From NCBI GenBank assembly GCA_963724295.1, contig CAVRUC010000008.1, forward strand, positions 1 to 64,000: DNA of 64,000 nucleotides, read 5' to 3'. The notes below the pieces were generated by a model that saw nothing but the letters and a program-made list of their open reading frames with translations, had not been told where the DNA came from and searched no databases. This DNA comes from an uncultured Chloroflexia bacterium (GTDB taxonomy: Bacteria > Chloroflexota > Chloroflexia > Thermomicrobiales > UBA6265). Shown here one piece after another: positions 1 to 10,335 of the stretch. A program made the translations under genes and the position numbers. Position 1 is the stretch's first letter; every line of letters starts with the position of its first letter.

Positions 1-928
1 GCGGCACCGACTCGTGCGGGTTGCCTAGACCGACGCCATCTTCTGCCAGTCCCAGGGACTGCTCGCCTCCCTCGAACGTGCCATCGACGATCTGCTGCGC
101 GGCCAGGAAGAGAGCGGTGTCGACCCCCTTCTCCGAGACCCCGAGCTGGTGTTCCGCGCCGAGCTGACTCTGGTCCGTATCGGCGGCGATGACCCAGTAA
201 CCCTCACCCAGCTCCTTGGCGGCTTCAAACGACCCGATACCTGTTGCCCCGGCCACCGGGAAGGCGATGTCAACGCCCTGGTTGTACTGCGCCAGGGTTA
301 GCTCTTTGCCCAACGCCGGGTCACTAAAGGTGTCGGCGTAGGCAACCACGACCTCGACGTCGGGGTTGACGGACCTGGCGCCTGCCTCGAAGCCGACGAC
401 ATAGCGCACCACTGGCGGGATCTTCTCCCCAGCGACGACACCGAGCTGGTTACTTTCGGTCATCAGTCCGGCCAGCACACCGCTGAGAAACGCGCCTTCG
501 TTCTCACGGAAGAGCACGCCCTGGACATTCGGCGCCTCTGACACCGAGTCGATGAGAAGGAAGTTCTTGTCGGGATACTGAGTGGCAACCTCGTTCATAG
601 CATCGGTGAGCAAGAATCCAACGCCGACGGCGAGAGCACTTTGCTCCGCTGCCTGGGTCATATTCGGGATGTACGACGCCGCGTCGCGGCTCTCGATTAC
701 CTCGCCCTGCACGCCGAGCTCCTCGACCGCCCGGTCGAGGCCCCGCTTCGCCAGGTCATTGAAGTTCTGGTCGCCGAGCCCAGCCGTATCCGTCACCATG
801 GTGACGACGACCGGGTCCTGGGCGTGAACGGCGGGCACCCGCGACATCACGCCGGCAACTGGGGCCATCGCCATGGCGGCCAGCAGCGGACGGCGCTTCA
901 TGCGAACCGATGCGATCCGCGAAGACAT
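1..928 (-). CDS. BMP family ABC transporter substrate-binding protein (3' end outside window)
   Basis: Manual translation from ATG 928: MSSRIASVRMKRRPLLAAM...AVHAQDPVVVTMVTDTAGLGDQNFND, later FRENEGAFLSG. Typical BMP/PnrA motifs with a twin-Arg-like leader. Confidence 0.85.
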   Translation of the reverse strand, partial: MSSRIASVRMKRRPLLAAMAMAPVAGVMSRVPAVHAQDPVVVTMVTDTAGLGDQNFNDLAKRGLDRAVEELGVQGEVIESRDAASYIPNMTQAAEQSALAVGVGFLLTDAMNEVATQYPDKNFLLIDSVSEAPNVQGVLFRENEGAFLSGVLAGLMTESNQLGVVAGEKIPPVVRYVVGFEAGARSVNPDVEVVVAYADTFSDPALGKELTLAQYNQGVDIAFPVAGATGIGSFEAAKELGEGYWVIAADTDQSQLGAEHQLGVSEKGVDTALFLAAQQIVDGTFEGGEQSLGLAEDGVGLGNPHESVP

Positions 929-1056
929 GGGCGATCCTCTCTTTTGCGAGATTGCTTCTCAGCCAATGCTCTACGCTCCGTAACGGGAGTCGCGGGCATG
1001 GTAGCAGTTACGTGGGACTTTCGGATCGCATCGCGTTGTGATGGATCGACGATTGA

Positions 1057-1833
1057 TTAGAGAAACCCCGGCAGCGTGGCCGGGTCGTACCATCCCGCAG
1101 GTTGATCCACTATCAGGCGTGCCGCGCGGAGGGCGCCTTCCGCATACGAGGCGCGGCTGAAGGCGCGATGGGAAAGGCGGAGCTCTTCGCCCTCGCCGGC
1201 GAGGATCACCACGTGCTCACCGGGGTTGCCTCCTGATCTGATGGCGTGCATACCGATCTCGTCTGCATCGCGCCGGCGCCTTCCCTCACGCCCGTGCCGC
1301 AGACGGCCGTCGACATCTCCGCGACCGGCTTCGGCGACGACGCGCGCCAACATCAGGGCGGTCCCGGACGGCGCATCCACTTTTTGCCGGTGGTGGGTCT
1401 CGACGATCTCGATGTCGTAACCCTCGAGGGCGCGCAGGAGCGAAGGCAAGACGGCGAGCGCAGCGTTCAGCCCGGGACTCATATTCGCCGCGTGGAAGAC
1501 TGCGATTCGCTCCGCTGCCGCTCGCAGGATAGCCATCTGGGCGGCGTCGAGACCGGTCGTCCCACTGACCATCGGCACGCCGGCGGACGCGCATGCCGCG
1601 GCATGATGGACTGTCCCCGCTGGCGCTGAAAAATCGATCAGGACGTCGATCTCCGACAGCAGAGTCGCCACATCCGCGAACAGCCGGACGCCATCCGGCC
1701 CTGATTCGGCGGTGCGTGCCTGGCGACTCAGCCCGCCGACAAGCGTCAGCCGCGGGTCGCTTGTCGCGAGGGCAGCGATCTCACGACCCATCTTGCCCCG
1801 AATGCCGGCAATTCCAACCCGCAGCGTCGTCAC
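1057..1833 (-). CDS. dapB: 4-hydroxy-tetrahydrodipicolinate reductase
   Basis: GIRGKMG nucleotide-binding loop, IDFS, SGTTG, and the catalytic EIVETHHRQKVDAPSGTA motif. Likely GTG start at 1833. Confidence 0.93.
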   Translation of the reverse strand: MTTLRVGIAGIRGKMGREIAALATSDPRLTLVGGLSRQARTAESGPDGVRLFADVATLLSEIDVLIDFSAPAGTVHHAAACASAGVPMVSGTTGLDAAQMAILRAAAERIAVFHAANMSPGLNAALAVLPSLLRALEGYDIEIVETHHRQKVDAPSGTALMLARVVAEAGRGDVDGRLRHGREGRRRRDADEIGMHAIRSGGNPGEHVVILAGEGEELRLSHRAFSRASYAEGALRAARLIVDQPAGWYDPATLPGFL

Positions 1834-1840
1834 GTGCGGA

Positions 1841-2938
1841 TCAACCGGAGATCCCCGCGGTTGTGCGGATTTTTTCCTCACCTGATCCAGCCAACCCGAG
1901 TGCCTGGAGGCCGCGCGTTTCGGACCGAAAGTCCTTTCCCAGCGTCGCCGAGGCGAGCGTCACCAGAGCATCGATCACCGGGGTTTCCACCCCCAGCTGA
2001 TCGCCGAGCAGCGCCCAGGTCGCCAGGCCAAATGGGATGTCCTCTGTCAGCCACCGCGTCTCGATCTGCCCGGGGGCGCGCAGCGCGGTCAGCATGCGGG
2101 AGCCATTGATGGTCGACCAGAAGTCGCCTGCCGGACCGAACCCGGCGCGGTGGAATGCTTCGGCCACCGGGGTCAGGTTCAGACCCAGCGCCGCGCCGAG
2201 CGCCAATCGCTCGCGGTCGACCGCCTCGATGACGCGCACCACAGACGGCGTGACGCCTTCCTCGTAGAACCAGAACTCCCCGCGACTGCGCTCGATGCGC
2301 CCGGCATTCATCAGCACGCCAGGCGGATGCACGACTGGATTCAGCGCCGAGAGACCGGCTTCCAACGCGCTGCCATAGGCAACCGCTCCCGGGAACAGCG
2401 CCCGCAAGACCGGCATTGCCTCGTCGGTCTGGGAAGCAGGCTCGACGCCGATCCCGAGTCCAGTGACGGTCCCCCAGATCACGGCCCGGTCGGGGGCACT
2501 CTTGCGACAGACGTACGGCGCCGTATCGGATTCGGCGACGATCACGCCTTCGATGCCTGCCTCCCGTAACGCACTGGCGACGGCCAGTGCGCCGAGATTC
2601 CCTGGGAGCAGTGCCAGGAGATGTCCGGGCTCGAGGTGCGGCAGGATCTGTTCGAGAAATGGCGCGTGGGCATAGGAAGGAACCGAGCAGACGAGTGTCT
2701 CCGACCAGGCGAGCGCCTCGGCCGGATCGGTCGTGACCGCGGCCAGCCGCGCCGTCCCAGTCGCTCCCGCGCCATCGAGGTGGATCGTCAGCGATTCCCG
2801 GATCGGCTCGATGGTTTGCGCGAAGTTCGGATGCTCCCAAAGCAGCACCTCGAACCCGGTCAGCGCCAGATTCGCCGCCATGCTGAACGCGGTATTCCCG
2901 CCACCGAGGACCGTTATTCGCTGTCCGGCCAAGATCAT
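1841..2938 (-). CDS. NAD/NADP octopine/nopaline (opine) dehydrogenase family protein
   Basis: Rossmann VLGGGNT, PYVCR, LNPVVHP, FWFYEEG, RWLTEDIPFGL and TPVIDAL motifs. Confidence 0.85.
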   Translation of the reverse strand: MILAGQRITVLGGGNTAFSMAANLALTGFEVLLWEHPNFAQTIEPIRESLTIHLDGAGATGTARLAAVTTDPAEALAWSETLVCSVPSYAHAPFLEQILPHLEPGHLLALLPGNLGALAVASALREAGIEGVIVAESDTAPYVCRKSAPDRAVIWGTVTGLGIGVEPASQTDEAMPVLRALFPGAVAYGSALEAGLSALNPVVHPPGVLMNAGRIERSRGEFWFYEEGVTPSVVRVIEAVDRERLALGAALGLNLTPVAEAFHRAGFGPAGDFWSTINGSRMLTALRAPGQIETRWLTEDIPFGLATWALLGDQLGVETPVIDALVTLASATLGKDFRSETRGLQALGLAGSGEEKIRTTAGISG

Positions 2939-2975
2939 CCCCCGTAGGCCGCCTCACATTCGGGCGGCAACGACC

Positions 2976-3024
2976 AGGAGCCACCCCTGAACTCCATCAG
3001 ACGGGAGTATCAGGGATGGCTCCT
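2976..3024. repeat. Long intergenic inverted repeat (hairpin)
   Basis: aggagccacccctga-actcc / 8-nt loop / ggagt-a-tcagggatggctcct; about 20-bp stem with one bulge and one G-U pair on the minus strand. Confidence 0.8.
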
Positions 3025-3064
3025 CAGGAAGAAATAGGCCTCGATCGGCGCCGAGAGCCTGAGC

Positions 3065-3598
3065 TTAGACCTGCAGGGCTTGCCCATTCAGCCGGGACTC
3101 ACCCTTAACTGAAACCGGCTGCGTGAGGATGTCCAGCACCGGGCAATGGGCATTGACCGTCTCGACCAGACGGGCAATATCCTCCGCCGGAGCCGGACTG
3201 GAGATATCGACGGTAAAGGACACGTCCTGGAAGCCAGCCGGGACATCCGCGACTCCGAAGAACCCGCGCAGATCCACCCGGCCCTCAGCGGTCACATCGA
3301 CGCCGTCGAGCGGGATGCCGAGCACCCGGGCATACGTCGCATAGACGATTTCCTGGCATGTGCCGAGGGCAGCGAGGACCAGTTCGACCGGGGTGGGTCC
3401 AGTGTCGGTACCACCGATCAATGGCGGCTCATCTACGTCGAACTCGAACTCACGGATGCGTACCTTTGTGCGGTACTCATCGACGAGCGACGTGCCCGCC
3501 GAGAAGGTCACCACCGGCGGCTCTGGCGCATTGCCAAGATCCGTCCGCACCTGTTCGATCACCGTGCCGAGCCGATCGACCTGCTGTTGCGCTACCAC
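3065..3598 (-). CDS. OsmC/Ohr family protein
   Basis: DEPPLIGGTDTGPTPVELVLAALGTC and HCPV: the two-Cys OsmC signature. Confidence 0.9.
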   Translation of the reverse strand: MVAQQQVDRLGTVIEQVRTDLGNAPEPPVVTFSAGTSLVDEYRTKVRIREFEFDVDEPPLIGGTDTGPTPVELVLAALGTCQEIVYATYARVLGIPLDGVDVTAEGRVDLRGFFGVADVPAGFQDVSFTVDISSPAPAEDIARLVETVNAHCPVLDILTQPVSVKGESRLNGQALQV

Positions 3599-3667
3599 GG
3601 CCGCATCTCCTTGAGCGATGCCGGCAGGAAAACCGTCCCCACGACGCCTCCTCTTGCCGGAGGCGCT

Positions 3668-3696
3668 ATTCTAGAGTTATCGATCAAGAAATGCAA
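3668..3696 (-). promoter_or_regulatory. sigma70-type promoter of the osmC gene
   Basis: Minus strand TTGCAT-N17-TAGAAT about 70 nt upstream of the start; near-palindrome TTGATCGATAA inside the spacer. Confidence 0.65.
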
Positions 3697-3760
3697 TACG
3701 ATCTCGCGAACGATGGACGACGCGTGCTGTCTGAGGCGGCTGGGACCGGCTTGGCCGGCC

Positions 3761-4498
3761 TCAGTCCGCGGCTGCCGCCTTCGCCCGTGGCTGGCGCAGA
3801 ACGTAGCCGACGCCGCGCACCGTCTGGATGAGACGGGGCTCGCCGCCCTCTTCCAGGGCCTTGCGGACGGTTGAGACGGTCACCGCCAGGACGTTCGATT
3901 CACCGCGGAACTGACCGCCCCAGACCCGCTGCATGACCGTGTCGTATGACATGACCTGGTTCGGATTCTCCATCAGCGCGGCCAGCAGATCGAACTGCTT
4001 GGCGGTGAGCATCACCTCCCGGTCGCCGCGGAAGACGGTGCGTGCCCCAGGATCGAGCGTGAGATCCTCGAAGGTGATGATCTCCCGCTGCTTGGTCCGC
4101 ACTTCCGGAGCGCGCGAGCGGCGCAGCAGCGAGCGCACCCGAGCCATCAGCTCCGTGATAGCAAACGGCTTTGGCACGTAGTCGTCGGCTCCGGCGTCCA
4201 GGCCGCTCACCCGGTCCGGAACGGCGTCGAGCGCGGTCAGCATCAGAACCGGCACCGGCGGTTGCTCGTAGGCGGCTTCCATGGCCCGCACTCGCCGGCA
4301 AATCTCCATGCCGTCGATATCGGGCAGCATCAGGTCGAGCACAATCAGATCCGGTGGAGAATCGCGGACGATGGCCAGTGCTCCGCGTCCATCGCTTGCG
4401 ACGTCGACCTCATAGCCTTCGAGCAACAGGCTCCGCTGCACCAGGCGAGCGATGTCAGGTGAGTCCTCCACCACAAGAACACGCGTCATGGTCATCAT
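3761..4498 (-). CDS. OmpR/PhoB (MprA-like) response regulator
   Basis: VLVVED, LDLMLP, MLTA, GADDYVPKPF receiver motifs and winged-helix end LIQTVRGVGY. Confidence 0.93.
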   Translation of the reverse strand: MMTMTRVLVVEDSPDIARLVQRSLLLEGYEVDVASDGRGALAIVRDSPPDLIVLDLMLPDIDGMEICRRVRAMEAAYEQPPVPVLMLTALDAVPDRVSGLDAGADDYVPKPFAITELMARVRSLLRRSRAPEVRTKQREIITFEDLTLDPGARTVFRGDREVMLTAKQFDLLAALMENPNQVMSYDTVMQRVWGGQFRGESNVLAVTVSTVRKALEEGGEPRLIQTVRGVGYVLRQPRAKAAAAD

Positions 4499-4819
4499 CC
4501 CTTCGGGATTGCTACTGGTCAGATCGTACAAACGCGCTTTTGCCGCAGTTTACATGCGTATTGCCAATTGTGTATCAAGTCGCGGGAACTAAGTCATGAT
4601 ATTCGCCTGAATTGTGAGGATCGGCGCTCCTGTTCCTACCCTGCGGCGGAATCGAATCCTCCGCGGGGCTCAACAGCGTTGGCGCATCGTACGCTCGTAC
4701 GAAGACATCGTGAAACGTTCCGTGAATGGCTCCGACCGCCGACCGGCCATTGACTGGCCAAGCACGATCCCCTAGGGTGCGAATTCGGCATCGATCGAGT
4801 CATGCGGATTGAGAGCGAC

Positions 4820-5194
4820 ATGGCATATCTCTGGGTGGCGCTGGGGGGAGCGACCGGCGCCGCCGCGCGCTTTGCCGTCGCGCAATGGACGGGAGCCCGC
4901 TGGGGCTGGACATTCCCCTGGGGAACGTTCGCCGTCAATGTCTCTGGATCGCTGGCAATCGGACTGGTGATGACGCTGCTTGTCGCGCGCGGCGCGGACC
5001 CCATGTACCGGTTGCTGCTGGTGACCGGGTTTCTGGGGGGCTACACCACCTTTAGCGCGTTCTCGTTCGAGGCGCTTTCCCTGCTCGAAGCGCGCCGCTG
5101 GGACGCGGCCGCACTCTATGTCATCGGCAGCGTGGTGCTCGGCTTGCTCGCCACGGCGCTCGGGCTCGGTCTCGGCAGACTCCTGGTCCGCTGA
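4820..5194 (+). CDS. crcB: Fluoride efflux channel CrcB/FluC
   Basis: GGATGAAARF, FPWGTFAVNVSGS and TGFLGGYTTFS. Alternative start at 4802. Confidence 0.93.
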   Translation: MAYLWVALGGATGAAARFAVAQWTGARWGWTFPWGTFAVNVSGSLAIGLVMTLLVARGADPMYRLLLVTGFLGGYTTFSAFSFEALSLLEARRWDAAALYVIGSVVLGLLATALGLGLGRLLVR

Positions 5195-5212
5195 CCTGGC
5201 TGGCCCGCGACG

Positions 5213-6264
5213 TCACTCGCTCCGGGTCTGCACCCGTTCGATGCGGAGCGCGAAAACATTGAGCAGCAGCGCGGCCAGGAGCACGATCCCCTGCAGCGCT
5301 TGCTTGAACGTGATCGGGATGTTCGGCAACAGGTTGAGTCCATTGGAGAGGATGCCAAAGATCAGCAGACCAAGAATCGTGTTGCGCATGCCGCCTTCGC
5401 CACCGAACAGTGAGGTACCGCCCAACACGACTGCGGCGATGGTGCTGATCAGGATGTCCTCGCCGCGCGGAGGGATTGGCGCTGCTGAGGCGTCCGATGA
5501 AGAGGAGACCGGTCAACCCGGCGGTTACGGCGGCGATCACCAGCGACATCATCACGACTTGCCGGGTGTTGACGCCGGACATCTCGGCCGCCTCGCGGTT
5601 CGCGCCGGTCATATAGACGTAGCGGCCAAACTTCGTATAGCTGAGGACGAATTCACCGAGCAGCAGCACGACAAGCGCAACGATTCCGATCACCGGGATA
5701 CCGAAGATCTGGCTGCTGACGCTGCCGAGCTGCTTTAGCACCGGAGGCACCTCGAAGATCGGTTTGCCTTCGCTGACGAACACAGACATTCCACGCGCAA
5801 TGGTGAGCATGGCCAGGGTCATCATGAACGAGGGGATGCCGACGAAGGCCACCATGTAGCCGTTGAGGAGACCGATCGCCGCGGCGACCAGAATCGCGAC
5901 CGGAATTCCCCAGTTGCCGAGGGCAACGGTGTCGCCGACCCAGAACCAGGCCGCCAACACGCCGATGAACGTCGCTACCGATGCGATACACAGGTCGATC
6001 TCTGCGCATAGCAACACAAACGTGACCCCGGTCGCCGCGACGGCGATCGGGGCAATCTGCGTCACAACGTTCTGCAAGTTTGCACCGTCAGGAAGACTTC
6101 CGTCACCAGACTGAAGAAGATGAACAATGCTGATCAGGGTGATCAGTGGCGCCAGAATCCGCGCGTTGCGGCTGGCCCAGTTCAATGCGATTTGCGCTGC
6201 CGGTGCGCTCCGCAATCACGTCGCCGAGGGGCGTGCCCACCCCCTGTGGCATCTCCTGAACCAT
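5213..6264 (-). pseudogene. Sugar ABC transporter permease, frameshifted
   Basis: RbsC-type motifs (IPSFMMTL, TKFGRYVYMTGANREAAEMSG, GGTSLFGGEG) are spread over several reading frames. Decay or sequencing error. Confidence 0.75.
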
Positions 6265-6279
6265 CAGCCCGTCCACAGC

Positions 6280-7831
6280 GTACGCGTAGCTCATCAGCAG
6301 GTCCTTGCTGACCGGCTCGCCGGAAAATTCCTTGGCAATCTGTCCCTTGGACATCACGAGAATACGGTCCGCTTCGGCAAGCACGGTCTCCGGCTCTGTC
6401 GAGATGAGGATGACCGCCACCCCCTCCGCCTTAAGCGCTTTGATCAGATCGAGCACCTCGCGTTTGGCCCCAACGTCCATGCCCCGCGTTGGCTCGTTGA
6501 GAATCAGCACTTTGGCGCTGCACTGTCAGCCACTTCGCCAGCGCGACTTTCTGCTGGTTGCCACCGCTCAGGTGGCCCGCGAGCAAGAGCTGGATTTGGC
6601 GGGCGGACGCCGGTCCTTTGACCAAGGGCGCCGCGATCGTCAACTCGCGATCTCTGCCCGAATGACGGGGCGGACGAGTGTTCGAGATGGGCCAGCGTAA
6701 TGTTTTTGTAGATTTCGTGCCGAGGGAAGAGGGTCGCCCGGCGGTTCTCCGACAGATAGGCGATACCGAGCTCTTTCGCTCCCGGCTCGTCCGCGGCGGA
6801 TTGGTCGGCCTTCAAGGCGAACCGTCCCGGACGTCGGGCGAATCTGGCCAAACAGGACGCGCGCCACTTCCGTCATCCCCGCGCCGAGGAAGCCAAAGAT
6901 GCCCGACGATCTCGCCGGGGCGCACCGTGAGGCCACATCGTAGAAGTTCCCGCCAGACGAGTCCCTCGATCTCGAGAACTGGGCCGAGCGGTCGACGGCT
7001 CGGAAGCATGACGCCGCCCTCATAGCTTTCCGCAAGGGCGTGTCGCGTCGGCGCCGATCATGAACTGAATCAGTGGTGCTTGGTCAGTCCCTTATTCGGT
7101 AGCGTGGCGACCTGGCGGGAGTTCTTCAGCATCGTCACCCGGTCGGAACAGCCAGCACATCCTCCAGAAAGTGGGAGATGAAAATCAGGTTTGCCCCGCG
7201 CCTTCAGCTCGTGCATGCGGCAAAGAGCCGAGTGGCCTCCGGTTCTGAGAGCGCGGAGGTCGGTTCATCGAGAATCACGAGATGGAAGCCCCGGAGAAGA
7301 CGACCCGGGCGATCTCGACGAGTTGTTGCCCACCGAGTGGAAGTGTCCGAGCGGCTCGGTGACGTCGATCATCGATCCCCAGCGCGCAGATGCTCGCCGC
7401 CTCACACGCATCTTCGTCCAGTCGACAAGCCCGACGCGGTTGATCGGCTGGTCACCGAGAAAGACGTTCTCGGCCACCGACAGCGCTGGCGATCGTGCTC
7501 AACTCCTGATAGATCATGCCGATGCCACGCGCCTTGCGTCGGCGGGCGATCCGAAGCGCACAGCTTCTCCGCGCAGCACAATCTCGCCTTCATCCGGCGT
7601 ATGGACACCGCAGAGGATCTTCATCAGGGTGGACTTGCCGGCGCCGTTCTCGCCAACCAGCCCATGAATCTCGCCTGCCCGGAAATCGAAATCGACCCCT
7701 TCAAGCGCCACTGCACCGCCGAAGCGTTTGGTCACGCCATGCAGCGCAAGCAACTCCTCGGTAAAGATGGGGGGAGTCGGGCGGACGACGGAGACGAGGC
7801 GACGTCCTCCAAATTGGTGCTTATGCTCCAC
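6280..7831 (-). pseudogene. Sugar ABC transporter ATP-binding protein (two domains), multiply frameshifted
   Basis: [18 protein letters not shown] and EPTRGMDVGAK occur in separate ORF fragments. Ends approximate. Confidence 0.75.
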
Positions 7832-7873
7832 CGCCGTCGCCTCGCGCCCTCGTCCCCCAGCTCGCGTCGCCTC

Positions 7874-8963
7874 CTAGACCTGGATGTTGTCTCCCAGCCA
7901 GACGAATCCTTCAGCGTTGTCTTGAGTGATTGGTCCACCGTCGGTGCGGATGAACTTCGGCACGCCACCCTCGTGCTTGTCGCTCCCGGTGGCGGTCAGG
8001 TAGCCAACCCACATCGCACCGCCATGGATCCGTCCGGTCGGGTTGATAACTGTGGCGAGCAGCTTCCGTCCTGGACGGCACGGCAGGCATCCTGCATACC
8101 GTCGATGCCGACGAGCTTCACCTGATCCTTCTTGCCAGGCCTGATCGACAATGGCCGCGCGGCCAGCGCCATGTCGTCGTAGTGGAAGAAACCACCTTTG
8201 ACGTCCGGGTAGCGCACCAGCAAGTCCTGCCAGAGGGTGGCGACCTTGGCGCCATCCCAGTCGCCGGGCGTCTCGTCCACGACCGTGATGTCCGGGTAAT
8301 TCTTCAGCATGTTGGTGAAACCCTGCCCCCGCTTCTGGGCTCCGGTGTGCGTGAGCAGACCCTGGGTGTGAATCACCTCGCCCTCGCCGCCCATCGCGTC
8401 GAAGAGCTCCTTGGCCATCGTCTCTCCCATGTAGATATTGTCCGGCTCGAAGAAGGTGAGGATGTCCAACGTGCTGAGGTCATCAGCCAGGTAGGTGTCC
8501 ATATCGATCACGGGGATTCCATTACCGGTGAGCGTATTCACCGGATCGACATTGGCGTTAATAGCGGCAGGATGGACGGCGACAAAGTCCCACTCCTGGG
8601 TCGCGATGTCATCCATGTCCTGGCGTTGTTTCTCGGGGACATTCTGGCCATCGTAGACGACCAAATCAACCCCCAGGAGGTCGGCTAGCATCTTCGCGGT
8701 CTCAGCTCCGCGGGCGGGCCAACTGTTCTGTAGCGCCTGCTCGGAGAAGTGCGGCCCTGAGCGTCTTCTCCGGAAGGTCCTCAGGCAACAGCAACGGAGC
8801 CGCACCGGCGGTGTTTCGCAACGTCATGCCGGCGGTTGCTAATGCCATCAATCCGGCGAACCCGCCCATCGCGCCGCGGCGGGTCAGTTTCTGGACCAAC
8901 TGTTGCGCCTGCCGACCGGTTAGTGGATCGCGGTCGAAAGGTTCGATCTGGAACACAATTCAT
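7874..8963 (-). pseudogene. Sugar ABC transporter substrate-binding protein (Tat-type leader), frameshifted
   Basis: ATG 8963 follows GGAGG; the TRRGAMGG leader is in another frame; RbsB-like core (FFHYDDMAL, LVGIDG); probable stop TAG at 7874. Confidence 0.75.
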
Positions 8964-9321
8964 GCCCTCCGACTACTGATTCGATCGCGTGCCGGCGCAC
9001 ATGCGCTGGCCCTATTGACACGAGGTGCCCGTCACGTATTCGCGGCTCAATTCCTCCTTCCCTGGACCGTGAAAGACGATGCCAACACAGACCGGACACC
9101 TCACTTGAGATATCCGACCGGTTTGGCGCACGACATGATCCGAACATGACAGCCCTGAACGGCGTTCGTCACGCCGGTGGCCATGAGTTGCCACAGTGAC
9201 GGTATCGGTCAGACACGCCTGGTCGAACGTGAAGCAAAAATGTTGGCACGTCGAACAAAGGCATGTCAGAAACCGGCGCCAAGACCGATCAACCGTTTCA
9301 GAACAGGCTCCGACGCATACA

Positions 9322-9339
9322 CCCGCCAAGTGGCGGGTA
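9322..9339 (-). terminator. Short GC hairpin downstream of the LLM gene
   Basis: acccgcca-ag-tggcgggt inverted repeat; no strong U tail. Confidence 0.35.
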
Positions 9340-9412
9340 GCGCGCACCGTCTTGCGCCCACTGCTACAAATGAACTGCAAGGCCCAGACGGTATCACACG
9401 AGTGGGAGAGGG

Positions 9413-10291
9413 TCAACAACTCTGGAATGACACGTGCGCCCGAAGCGCCGGTAAGAGATCGGCCGCTATCCGCTCCATCATGGGGAACTGTTCTTCGTGC
9501 GGCGCTTCCATCAGGAACTCGCTCATGCCGGCTGCGCGGTAACGCCCGACGATGTCGGCGAAGGCATCGGGTGAGGACCAGGGGTCCGCGCCCATGGGAA
9601 TGGTCCAGCCGTAGAGCGAGCGGATGATCTCGTTGGGATCGCGCCCGATCGCCGCGCACGCCTCATCGAGGCGATCGTTGCGCTCGCGAATCTCATCGCT
9701 CGTGCCGTATGAATTCCAGCGGTCGGCGTACCGGGCGGCAATCCGCAACATCCGCGGTCCGTGCGCGCCGAGGGTGATCGGCGGTCTCGGTCGTTGCAGC
9801 GGCGCGGGTCTGAACGGGGCGTCGTGGACCTGGTAATAGGTGCCCTGCCACGAGGTGAGGTCCCGGGTCAGCAGCGCGTCGATGAGCGAAACCGCCTCCT
9901 CGAAGCGGCCAACGAGCTCCGGCGTCTCCGGGAAGGGCACGCCGAACCGCTCGTGCTCGGCCTTGTACCAGCCGGTGCCAATCCCCAGCTCCAGGCGCCC
10001 ACCCGAAATGTGGTCGACCGTCACCGCCTGCTTGGCGAGCAGCGGAGGGTGACGGAATGTGTTGCTGCTGACCAGGATCCCGACGCGCGGTTTCTCGGTC
10101 CGCAGCGCCAGCGCCGCCAACAAGGTCCAGCCTTCCAGGAAGGGCGCCTCGGGCAGGCTCGGCCGCTGGTAGTGGTCGGCGTGCCAGATGGAGTCGAACC
10201 CCAGCTGCTCGAAAACCTGCCAGTGGCGGACGAGCGTCTGCCACGGCAGGTTCTGATTGCGAACGATCCCGAAGCGTGGCGGTTGCGGCAT
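9413..10291 (-). CDS. LLM class flavin-dependent oxidoreductase
   Basis: GFDSIWHADH, FRHPPLLAKQAVTVDHISGGRLELGIGTGW and GPRMLRIAARYAD. Confidence 0.92.
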   Translation of the reverse strand: MPQPPRFGIVRNQNLPWQTLVRHWQVFEQLGFDSIWHADHYQRPSLPEAPFLEGWTLLAALALRTEKPRVGILVSSNTFRHPPLLAKQAVTVDHISGGRLELGIGTGWYKAEHERFGVPFPETPELVGRFEEAVSLIDALLTRDLTSWQGTYYQVHDAPFRPAPLQRPRPPITLGAHGPRMLRIAARYADRWNSYGTSDEIRERNDRLDEACAAIGRDPNEIIRSLYGWTIPMGADPWSSPDAFADIVGRYRAAGMSEFLMEAPHEEQFPMMERIAADLLPALRAHVSFQSC

Positions 10292-10335
10292 GCTGTCCTC
10301 CGTAGGGTGTCGGGGTGGTTACTCGCTGCGCTCGT

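Noticed and set aside
4639..4672. tRNA-like T-loop sequence (TCGAATCC)
   Set aside because: It is only a local hairpin, with no D arm, anticodon arm or acceptor pairing.
4570..4820. Fluoride riboswitch expected upstream of crcB
   Set aside because: I could not find the GGCGATGG...GCTGATG-type consensus; an Infernal search would settle it.
9012..9412. ORFs or a riboswitch in the long leader of the frameshifted ABC operon
   Set aside because: The ORFs lack recognisable motifs; TTGACA at 9015 has no matching -10 box and TGGCAC at 9244 has no -12 element.
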